A stretch of DNA of 32,000 nucleotides from Candidatus Thorarchaeota archaeon (lineage in GTDB: Archaea; Asgardarchaeota; Heimdallarchaeia; Hodarchaeales; Hodarchaeaceae): NCBI GenBank assembly GCA_048882505.1, contig JBHLRO010000002.1, positions 390,001-422,000 on the forward strand. Reading direction: 5' to 3'. The notes below the pieces were generated by a model. It worked only from the letters and a program-made list of their open reading frames with translations, was not told the origin of the DNA and ran no database searches. Positions 1 through 8,117 of this stretch are shown one piece after another. The stretch's first letter is position 1; each line of letters starts with the position of its first letter. Both the position numbers and the translations under genes were made by a program.

Positions 1-1
1 A

Positions 2-1474
2 CGAGACGAACTCCAAGCCAAAGAGGCAGATATTCAACCGTTACGACTGGAGATCGAAAACCTTCGAATGCTTCTTGGCAAAAGAGATGAGGAGATCGCA
101 CAATTGAAGAGTCAATCAGGGGTTTTTTCGGGGAAAGTAGAGGATCAAATGCAGGAGCTTAATCGTCTTCAGGAACAACTAGATGAAAGTCAACGAGATT
201 TAAAGCAAGCCCGGAAGGAGCGCGAAAAAATCGAGGCTGAATTTGAAACGGTTGGCAACACTCTTATGACCACAAGGCTGGAGATTGAAGAACTCCAAAC
301 CGCCTTGGCGAATAAAGACATTGAAATCGAGAACCTAAAAGCCGAGAATAAGGTTTTGGTTTCCCATACCGAGGAAAACGTTCATCTCAAAGATGAAAAT
401 CAAAAACTTGGCGAAAGACTTGACCAGTTGAAAACTCAGTTTCAGGACGTAAGTAGACAAAAAACCATGTACGAGGCAACTGTCAATGAACTCAAGGAAC
501 AAATTTCTCGACTGGAGCAAGAAAACGAGGATCTGCTTTTAGACTCTGGTGAGACCAGTCAAACGGCTGTAACGCTCAAAAATCAGTTAGACAATATAAA
601 AAGTCAGTTAAATCAAAAAGAAAGTGAAATTCGGGAGATTACAAATCGTTTGGGAGGCGAAATTACTGCGTTAAAGGAAGAACTAGTTGAGAAATTAGCG
701 CGAACCCAGACGGTTCAAAATAAACTGGATGAAGCCAATGAGGCCATGGAAGAACTAAGAAGGAAAAATCGCGCACTTGAGACCGAAGTGGAGGACATAA
801 AGGTCGATCAGAAAGGGAAAAACCTTCGTATTGATTCTATTGAATCTGAGCGCGATAAATTGCGTAACCAACTTGCAGATGCAAGAATCGAGAACGAACA
901 GCAAAAATCAGAGATTTCTAATCTCCAATCTCAAGTAAAAGCCCGTGAGCGGGAGCTGAATGTACTCCAAAATGATCTAGAAGTTATACGTCAACGTCAA
1001 GAGGAAATCGCTAAACAAGCTTCTGATTCTCGTGGAGCCAAGGCGGAAGTTGAGCGTCAAAAGGATTTATATGAGGTGCAACTCCAGAATCTTCAGTTAC
1101 AGATCGAAGATATCACAGAATCTAAAGAAAACCTTGAAAGAAAGCTTGAGGATTCAGCAAAAGAACTAGTAAGAAAGAACGACGAAATCGAGTCGTTAAT
1201 GACCAACCAAAAGCGGTTGGGGACTAGGAACGAAAAACTTTCTGCGGCAGTGGAAACGTTACGTATTAATCTTGCAAAGAATCCGAAATATGCAATTCTT
1301 TTCGTCTTACAAGACATAAAACAGGCTAGCGTCGGTGAACTAGCAAAAACCGTTGCTATCCAGCTGGTTTTTGCGGTGCGTTTGGTAAAAGAACTTGAGT
1401 CCGATGGATGGGTAGATTTCGATGAAGACCAAGGTATTGTTCGATTAAAGCGACCATTATTAGAAAATGATTAG
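2..1474 (+). CDS. Long coiled-coil protein with C-terminal winged-helix domain (5'-truncated by window edge)
   Basis: The frame is open from base 2 (RDELQAKEADIQPLRLEIENLRM...), so the ATG at 68 is probably internal. About 400 aa are E/K/Q/L-rich and heptad-like. The last ~65 aa (PKYAILFVLQDIKQASVGELAKTVAIQLVFAVRLVKELESDGWVDFDEDQGIVRL) have a helix-helix-helix-beta-hairpin wHTH pattern. Confidence 0.85.
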   Translation, partial: RDELQAKEADIQPLRLEIENLRMLLGKRDEEIAQLKSQSGVFSGKVEDQMQELNRLQEQLDESQRDLKQARKEREKIEAEFETVGNTLMTTRLEIEELQTALANKDIEIENLKAENKVLVSHTEENVHLKDENQKLGERLDQLKTQFQDVSRQKTMYEATVNELKEQISRLEQENEDLLLDSGETSQTAVTLKNQLDNIKSQLNQKESEIREITNRLGGEITALKEELVEKLARTQTVQNKLDEANEAMEELRRKNRALETEVEDIKVDQKGKNLRIDSIESERDKLRNQLADARIENEQQKSEISNLQSQVKARERELNVLQNDLEVIRQRQEEIAKQASDSRGAKAEVERQKDLYEVQLQNLQLQIEDITESKENLERKLEDSAKELVRKNDEIESLMTNQKRLGTRNEKLSAAVETLRINLAKNPKYAILFVLQDIKQASVGELAKTVAIQLVFAVRLVKELESDGWVDFDEDQGIVRLKRPLLEND

Positions 1475-1525
1475 GTAGTAGTTCTTTCGAATTGTCAGCT
1501 TATCCAGTGGTTGGAGTGACCCGTT

Positions 1526-2398
1526 GTGGATATTGAAACCATAACAAGAGAATGTCAACTTAACCTTGTCGGCCTGGAGACTGAAATTCGATTAATACTC
1601 GCTGCCATTGAAAACCAAATTGCAGTGGTCATTGAGGGAGAATCAGGCACAGGAAAGACGGAACTTGCGAAAACAATAGCAAATGCCTTGCGGCGTCCTT
1701 TTTATCGTGTTGATGGGGATGAAAATCTGACCATCACCCACCTTAGGGGTTGGTTTGACCCTCCCCTTGTCATGCAGTCAGGATTTGGGGAAAAAAGTTT
1801 CATCCCTGGGCCTCTTGTTAAAGCAATGCAAGAAGGAGGTTTTTTTTTCTTTAACGAGGTCAATAGGGCACCCAGTGAGGCAATAAATGGTGTCTTAGCT
1901 GCGATGGATAGGACAGAACGCCAAATAGAGATTCCACAACTATCTCGGATTACGGCTGCCGAAAAATTTTATTCCATATTTACGCTTAATCCTGCTGCCT
2001 ATATTGGTACAAATCCGCTACCAGAAGCATTTTTTGACCGATGTATACGTATCCGATTGGATCATAAAACGGGAGAGGAAGCTAAGCAAATCGTACGCCT
2101 TCGGACTCAGTGTACTGATCATTCCCTCATTGATAAAGCCGTTGAGTTCACTGAACAGACACGGACCTCAGGTATGTTTGAATCAGGGGCCAGTATTCGT
2201 GCAACAATACAGCTCACCCAATTATTAGACCATCAATCCCTGACTCCCAGAAAAACTTTTGCTACCTTAAATGCCGTCTTTTCTAAAAAGGTGAAACCTC
2301 ATCCTGACGAATCTCGATCCGTAGAGGACTGTTTGGAAGTTCTCGCATTGTCAGTTTTTTTTCCAGATGAAAAAAAAAAAGGAAAGAGCAACGGCTAA
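1526..2398 (+). CDS. MoxR/CoxD/CbbQ-family AAA+ ATPase
   Basis: Walker A GESGTGKT, Walker B FFFNEVNR (N replaces the usual D), sensor-1 TLNP, and LPEAFFDR. GTG start preceded by GGAGTGA at 6 nt. Confidence 0.92.
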   Translation: MDIETITRECQLNLVGLETEIRLILAAIENQIAVVIEGESGTGKTELAKTIANALRRPFYRVDGDENLTITHLRGWFDPPLVMQSGFGEKSFIPGPLVKAMQEGGFFFFNEVNRAPSEAINGVLAAMDRTERQIEIPQLSRITAAEKFYSIFTLNPAAYIGTNPLPEAFFDRCIRIRLDHKTGEEAKQIVRLRTQCTDHSLIDKAVEFTEQTRTSGMFESGASIRATIQLTQLLDHQSLTPRKTFATLNAVFSKKVKPHPDESRSVEDCLEVLALSVFFPDEKKKGKSNG

Positions 2399-2481
2399 AA
2401 TATGCAAAAGCATGGAATGATTCCACGATTTCTGAAAGAAAGTCACAAGATTCACTTCTAGAAAGAATATATGAATATAAA

Positions 2482-3414
2482 TTGCAACAACGGCTGGATT
2501 CTGAAACTTCAATTGAGTTTACGAAGGAGGCTGTGAAACAGCGAAATATACGGGCAATTGAAGTTCTTGCAGCGACTTATCCCAGAGTTATAGCAAATCT
2601 CCTCCCTATTGACCCTGATCACTTGGATCTTATACTTGAATCCAGTTCGCTGGTTTTTCAGCTCCGACCCTATTTTTCACAAGAAGAAAAACAGATTTTA
2701 CTTCGGAAACTTATCCCCGCCCTATATCGGCAAGCTAGGCGTATATTCAAGGAAATTTATAGAAATAAGTATCCAGAAACAAGCCCCTATGATCCAGGCC
2801 GTCCTTGGAACGTAGAAAAAACACTTGAAAACTACCTCCAATCTGGGGATCCATTTTTTACCTATCAACACGTATTATCTATCAGGAGGTTACGCAGTCA
2901 CTATCCCGTTGTCCTTTTAGTAGATAAATCACATTCGGTCTTGCAGTATCTTAGATTAATCATATTAACATCGATCTTGTTGAGTCTCTCGATTGATATC
3001 AAAAATCTCGCCATAATTGGATTTGATGCTCTGCCTGACATTCTAAAAGGTTTTCGGGACTCCTGGATGACTCCAACGGAGATCATACAGCGTTTGATTG
3101 AACTACCATCTGGTGGAAAAACGAACATCTTCCTAGCTGTACAGGCCGCGATGAAGGAGTTTGAAACTCAAATCAGCTCACATAGGACTGTGATTCTAAT
3201 GTCTGATCTTTTGGCCACTAGCGGAAAAGACTTTATACCTCTATTGGCAAAATTTAGAGATGTACGAATTATCATTACCCCTCGGAGGCATCTGTATCAG
3301 CTTACCAAGCCTATCCTTGGACAACTAAGGCGATTAGAAAACATTCGATTATATTATATGCCAGTTGAGGCGCAAAAAATACCTAAAATGCTCGAAAAAT
3401 TACTTTTTAGCTGA
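2482..3414 (+). CDS. VWA (MIDAS) domain protein, CoxE-like partner of the MoxR ATPase; true start uncertain
   Basis: MIDAS DxSxS (VLLVDKSHS), Thr in GGKTNI and Asp in ILMSD. It follows a MoxR gene. The frame stays open upstream to 2371 and no RBS is visible before the TTG at 2482. Confidence 0.88.
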   Translation: MQQRLDSETSIEFTKEAVKQRNIRAIEVLAATYPRVIANLLPIDPDHLDLILESSSLVFQLRPYFSQEEKQILLRKLIPALYRQARRIFKEIYRNKYPETSPYDPGRPWNVEKTLENYLQSGDPFFTYQHVLSIRRLRSHYPVVLLVDKSHSVLQYLRLIILTSILLSLSIDIKNLAIIGFDALPDILKGFRDSWMTPTEIIQRLIELPSGGKTNIFLAVQAAMKEFETQISSHRTVILMSDLLATSGKDFIPLLAKFRDVRIIITPRRHLYQLTKPILGQLRRLENIRLYYMPVEAQKIPKMLEKLLFS

Positions 3415-4941
3415 TCATGCACTCATACCTGGTTGTGGTTTATCATCCGATTCTTTTGACACCTGTACAATGCTTTGGTACTTATCGGGGTAATAAGTCC
3501 TGAAAATCTTCAAAATTCGATCTCGGAATGATGGATGATCCTCATCCCCCTCTGGGATTTGGAACAACTCGTGTTCGAAAACCATTTTTTCCTTTTCTGC
3601 TATTAACGTGCCGATAAATCCTTCTATCTCTTCAGTATCAAGGAATTGATCCGAATCAGAATCGAAATGTCTCCAATCAATGGTTTTTTGTTTTAAGATA
3701 GTGGGTGTAAAATCCTGATTTTGGTCATCTAAGTCCGCAAAATATTTTGCCCTTCGTTGTAGAAGTGTCGGTACGGCGCGTGTTATTAATTGGTTCCGCA
3801 TTTCCCTATCCAATTCAATTCCATAATTTTTCACCAGTTGATCGAGTTTCTCCTCCAAAAAAAGACGAGGGGCGATTTCACGTGCAACATCTTCATCAAG
3901 CTGGGTTTTAGGGAACCGTTGGTAAATCCCTCGAGTAAAGGAAGATGAGGGTTTTTTTTCATCAGAGAGACTTTCCAGCCATTCAATTTCTCGTGTTAAG
4001 ACTTGCATGGCTTCACTTCGTTGTCCAAGGTGAATGAGGGCATTGATTAAAACCTCGGCTCCCATCAATTGAGCGGAAAAAAAATCCGCCAGATATTCAG
4101 CCTGATGATTTGCTGCATAAAGGAACTTCAAAGTAAAGCGAGTCACAATCGCAACAACAAGGTAGATAAGGACAAGAAACAGCAATCGTTCAATAGCAGC
4201 CAAAATATTAAATGAATCAAAAACCGCATTTAAAATTCCAGTGAAAATCTGGAGATATATGAAAACATATGCAAGATTAAGGAAGAGACGCGGGATAGAA
4301 AGTACCAATCGAACCAAACTGTCACCATGACTCACGTGGGCAAGTTCATGGGCAATAACAGCTTCAATTTCGGGATCGCTAAGTATTTCCAAGACATTAG
4401 TATTTAACACCAGATAAGGTCGTCGGAAAAATGGGATTGGAAGCAGATCGAGACTAAACGCGTTGGGAACCGCTTTGCGGTACACAAAAATCTTGGTTAC
4501 CTTGATTTTCACTCTCGCAGCCGTATGTGATACAAGTTTAAGCGTCCGGTCAACAGTAGGGGCCTCTTCGGCTGCATAAGCTGGGCCATACAATGGCTCA
4601 GGATAAATTTGTACCATGTTTTTATTGGAAAAAACTATTGATACTAAAAAAGCCAACAAGAGTAGCTGCAATCCTGCAGTTAATAGGACTAAGACGGCTG
4701 TTTGCTGAAGGTCAGCAAATGGATTGATCGATATGAAGAACCCTAGTATTCGAGGGTTTCCTTCTATTCCAATTAATGATGGTAGGGGTTTCCATGGCTC
4801 TGACTTAGGTTCCTGACTGATGGATATCCAGCTGACAATGATAATCTGAGCAAAAGTGAGAATGAAGAAGGCGGCTGCATTTATTACCCGGAAAAACCTC
4901 GCTCTGTTCATTCCAAATTCCTTTTGATCCAACGCTTTCAC
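3415..4941 (-). CDS. M48 (HtpX-like) membrane zinc metalloprotease with a large C-terminal insertion carrying an EF-hand-like loop
   Basis: Two N-terminal TM segments, NAF, HELAH zinc motif, two further TMs, third ligand in NHQAEYLAD, and terminal HPSFRDRI. The insertion contains FDSDSDQFLDTEEI. Confidence 0.9.
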   Translation of the reverse strand: MKALDQKEFGMNRARFFRVINAAAFFILTFAQIIIVSWISISQEPKSEPWKPLPSLIGIEGNPRILGFFISINPFADLQQTAVLVLLTAGLQLLLLAFLVSIVFSNKNMVQIYPEPLYGPAYAAEEAPTVDRTLKLVSHTAARVKIKVTKIFVYRKAVPNAFSLDLLPIPFFRRPYLVLNTNVLEILSDPEIEAVIAHELAHVSHGDSLVRLVLSIPRLFLNLAYVFIYLQIFTGILNAVFDSFNILAAIERLLFLVLIYLVVAIVTRFTLKFLYAANHQAEYLADFFSAQLMGAEVLINALIHLGQRSEAMQVLTREIEWLESLSDEKKPSSSFTRGIYQRFPKTQLDEDVAREIAPRLFLEEKLDQLVKNYGIELDREMRNQLITRAVPTLLQRRAKYFADLDDQNQDFTPTILKQKTIDWRHFDSDSDQFLDTEEIEGFIGTLIAEKEKMVFEHELFQIPEGDEDHPSFRDRILKIFRTYYPDKYQSIVQVSKESDDKPQPGMSA

Positions 4942-5064
4942 CCTCTTATTTCCAAAAACGGGATTGCCGTGATTTATACATGCATGTTCTGAACTAAAAA
5001 CTGTTCCCCTTAAATTATTATGCCTTTGGTTCCAGTGAAATATCAGTCGGATATGGGTTGATGT

Positions 5065-7857
5065 TCACCAATATCCTCCAAGATTCTTAAACCTGGGGAC
5101 TCTTTTTGCGAGGAAAATACGGATTTCATCAGTAACAATAAGTAAACTTGCGATAGAGATGACTATTATCCAATCGCCGATCCCAAGACCTGTAGTTTCG
5201 AATATAGGTTGAAAAATTGGAAGATACATAATTATTAGGTGGAGTCCGATCGAACTAAAAACCGCTAATAATAGGAATGGATTTCGAATTAACTCGCGAC
5301 CAAATAACGAATGTTCTTCCTTTCGGATTTGCAATGCCATTACCATCTGAAACATGATCAGTAGGGTGAATGCGGCAGTTCGGGACGTAAGAAGAGCATC
5401 AGTATCAGGTACCTGGCTAGAGGCTAAATGTGGTGTCAAATACAAAAAGAAAATGAAAAGAGTGCCCAAACCTATCGCTATTCCTGAATATAGGATGAAG
5501 TAGATGGACTTTCGAGTTAAAATCGATTCTCTAGGGTCTCGAGGTTGTCGTATCATTATATCAGAGTCAGGGGGGTCAACGCCCATTGCCAACGCTGGCA
5601 AGCCATCTGTTACCAGATTTACCCAGAGGATCTGGATAGCCAGCAATGGAAGCGCGGGTTGTCCAAATATTATGGTAGTCAACAACATGCCAAAGAACAT
5701 CACCGCAATTTCGCCTGCGTTACATGACAGAAGGTACAGAATAAATTTCCGCATGTTGTCATAAATGGTGCGGCCCTCCTGTATCGCCCGAACTATCGTT
5801 GAAAAATCATCATCCGCCAATACCATATCAGAGGCCTCTTTCGATACATCTGTCCCAGATATTCCCATTGCCACTCCAATATCGGCTCTTTTTAACGCTG
5901 GAGCATCATTAACTCCATCTCCTGTCATAGCCACGACTTGGTTATTTGATTTTAACGCAGATATTAGTTTGAGCTTATGTTCAGGTGAGACACGAGCAAA
6001 TACATTAATATCCAAGACCGATTTTGAAAGCTGGTCATCGCTCATTTCCGCCAATTGAGCTCCTTCTATATACTTTGCAGAGTCTTGAGATTCGATTAAA
6101 CCGATTTCTATTGCTATTGCAAGCGCCGTTTTAAGATGGTCCCCTGTAATCATTAATGGCCGAATTCCTGCAATTTTACACGTGTCAATAGCATCTTTAG
6201 TTCCCTCACGTGGAGGATCCATAATGGCAACTGATCCCACATAGATCAATCTCGATTCAATCTCTTCTGTATCCTCTGATAATATTTCGCGATCGGCCAG
6301 ATCTGGTTCCAGTGTCTTATATGCCATGCCTAACATTCTATATCCTTTTATAGCGTTCTGCTGTTCTTTTTCTTCTAGATGCTTGCGCACAGTGTCGTTT
6401 AGTGCTCTGATCTCCCCGTTAGAAAGATAGTATTCACATAGATCAATGAGGATCTCTGGGGCGCCCTTTGTAAAAACTAAAAACTCATTATTGTCATTTT
6501 TTACCACTACACTCATACGCTTTGAGGTTGAATCGAAAGGTATCTCGTAAAGTCGTTCGAACTGTGGATAAACCTCATATGTGGCTCCGAGCTTGAGAAG
6601 GGCAAGCTCAGTAGGATCACCAATGTCCGCATCTATTCGAATCTCCGATGTGGAAGGACTTGAGACGCTCACGGATTTCTGGCTTGAATTCGCCAACTGT
6701 GCATTATTGCACTCAACACCGATCGAAAGGATTTTTCTTATCGAATCATCAAGAGCCAAAGAGTCTGAAATATCATATTCTGCATCGACTGTAAGAATTC
6801 TACGTGCTGTCATCTCGTTTTTTGTTAGAGTACCAGTTTTGTCTGAACAGATAACTGTTGTAGACCCAAGAGTTTCAACGGAGGGGAGACGACGAATAAT
6901 GGCATTTTTTTTGCTCATTCTCTGGACTCCGAGAGCTAATGCTAATGTTACAACAGCAGGGAGACCCTCAGGAACAGCAGCGACAGCAAGTCCAACAGCG
7001 ACAATAAACATTTCGATAACCTCTTGATTTAAGAGTATACCGAAAATAAATATTACAAAACAAATCGTTAGACTCCCAATCCCAATCCACTTTCCTAATT
7101 CTTCCATTCTCAGCTGTAAGGGCGTTTCTTCCTCCTGAGTTACAAGAAGGCCAAGTGCGATTCGACCGAATTCCGTACGCATTCCTGTTTGCGTGACGAT
7201 AGCATGAGCTCGTCCTCGTGTAATATTGGTGCCAGAAAACACACAATTCCAACGCTCAGCAACAGGAGTCTGGGGTTTTATGTCGGAACCAACCTTCTTC
7301 ACTACTGGATAGGATTCCCCAGTTAATGCTGATTCATCTACTCGTAAAGAATGAGCTTGAATTAGCCGTGAATCCGCGGGAACTTTATCCCCTTCTTCTA
7401 GAACTATTACGTCTCCAGGTACAAGAGTATTAGCATCGATTCGTAGTTTCGTTCCATCTCTGATGACGGTCGTTGTGGGTGCTGCCATTAATTTAAGTGC
7501 TTCAATGGCTCTTTCCGCTTTATATTCCTGTATAAATCCAAATAGAGCGTTAAAAAGGACAATTGTTGATATTGCCAACGCATCAATCGCATATTCGATC
7601 TGTTCTCCTGGATCTGTTGAGAGTGCTCCTATTAAAAGTGAAATCAATAGTGCCAACAAGAGAATAATCACTAAAGGATCCGTGAACTGCTCTAAAAAAA
7701 GGAATATGGGGTGCTTCTTTTTCGTTTTTTCAAGTTCATTGGGCCCATATTCATCGAGTCGCCGTTGTGCTTCGGTCTCAGGGATTCCAAGCTCAGGATT
7801 CGTTGATAATTTTTTGATTAAGGATTGAAGATCTTCAGCGTGCCACTGGGTACTCAT
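5065..7857 (-). CDS. P-type ATPase, subclass 2A (SERCA/PMR1-like, probably Ca2+-transporting)
   Basis: TGES, PEGL, DKTGTLT phosphorylation site, KGAPE, DPPR, TGD and GDGVND. M5 YLLSCNAGE and M6 [11 protein letters not shown] match SERCA Ca2+ ligands. M8 has Gln (FQM) where SERCA has Glu908. Confidence 0.95.
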   Translation of the reverse strand: MSTQWHAEDLQSLIKKLSTNPELGIPETEAQRRLDEYGPNELEKTKKKHPIFLFLEQFTDPLVIILLLALLISLLIGALSTDPGEQIEYAIDALAISTIVLFNALFGFIQEYKAERAIEALKLMAAPTTTVIRDGTKLRIDANTLVPGDVIVLEEGDKVPADSRLIQAHSLRVDESALTGESYPVVKKVGSDIKPQTPVAERWNCVFSGTNITRGRAHAIVTQTGMRTEFGRIALGLLVTQEEETPLQLRMEELGKWIGIGSLTICFVIFIFGILLNQEVIEMFIVAVGLAVAAVPEGLPAVVTLALALGVQRMSKKNAIIRRLPSVETLGSTTVICSDKTGTLTKNEMTARRILTVDAEYDISDSLALDDSIRKILSIGVECNNAQLANSSQKSVSVSSPSTSEIRIDADIGDPTELALLKLGATYEVYPQFERLYEIPFDSTSKRMSVVVKNDNNEFLVFTKGAPEILIDLCEYYLSNGEIRALNDTVRKHLEEKEQQNAIKGYRMLGMAYKTLEPDLADREILSEDTEEIESRLIYVGSVAIMDPPREGTKDAIDTCKIAGIRPLMITGDHLKTALAIAIEIGLIESQDSAKYIEGAQLAEMSDDQLSKSVLDINVFARVSPEHKLKLISALKSNNQVVAMTGDGVNDAPALKRADIGVAMGISGTDVSKEASDMVLADDDFSTIVRAIQEGRTIYDNMRKFILYLLSCNAGEIAVMFFGMLLTTIIFGQPALPLLAIQILWVNLVTDGLPALAMGVDPPDSDIMIRQPRDPRESILTRKSIYFILYSGIAIGLGTLFIFFLYLTPHLASSQVPDTDALLTSRTAAFTLLIMFQMVMALQIRKEEHSLFGRELIRNPFLLLAVFSSIGLHLIIMYLPIFQPIFETTGLGIGDWIIVISIASLLIVTDEIRIFLAKRVPRFKNLGGYW

Positions 7858-7867
7858 AGATCATCAC

Positions 7868-7885
7868 ACAGACTCACAAGTCTGT
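7868..7885. promoter_or_regulatory. Inverted repeat just upstream of the P-type ATPase start (candidate operator or RBS-adjacent hairpin)
   Basis: ACAGACT-CACA-AGTCTGT is a perfect 7-bp stem ending 10 nt upstream of the ATG at 7857. Confidence 0.35.
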
Positions 7886-7953
7886 TGAACCATCAATTTC
7901 GGGATGAATTAAACTGATTTTCACAAGTTCCAGTAATGGGAAATGATGCCGGC

Positions 7954-7965
7954 CTTGACGTCAAG
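7954..7965. promoter_or_regulatory. Perfect 12-bp palindrome, candidate operator
   Basis: CTTGACGTCAAG lies in the intergenic region about 100 bp upstream of the ATPase gene. Confidence 0.3.
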
Positions 7966-8117
7966 ATCAATCGACCAAGGATTATTTTATCCAAGGAGGG
8001 TGGTAAAGGTTTCTTATTGAGTTTAGTTCGCCTCCAAATCGTTTTGCGTATTTTTAAAAACCTGCTGATAGCCGAACCAAAGAAATCGGGCCTAATCCTG
8101 ATTCATTCCTGCCTTGC

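Noticed and set aside
2-1474. SMC/Rad50 assignment for the long coiled coil
   Set aside because: No hinge, zinc hook, ABC signature or Walker B at the C-terminus; it ends in a wHTH instead.
1840-1848. T9 run inside moxR (also T8 at 2355-2362)
   Set aside because: The frame is intact (FFF) and no alternative product is apparent. It shows long homopolymers are tolerated here, which tempers the A11 hypothesis.
2402-2425. Small hairpins downstream of the A11 tract as a -1 frameshift stimulator
   Set aside because: Only 4-5-bp stems, more than 20 nt from the slippery site; too weak and too far for a typical stimulator.
5504-7828. Several 60-148-aa ORFs within the P-type ATPase (similar shadows occur in most other genes)
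   Set aside because: Antisense or alternate-frame shadows of well-supported genes.
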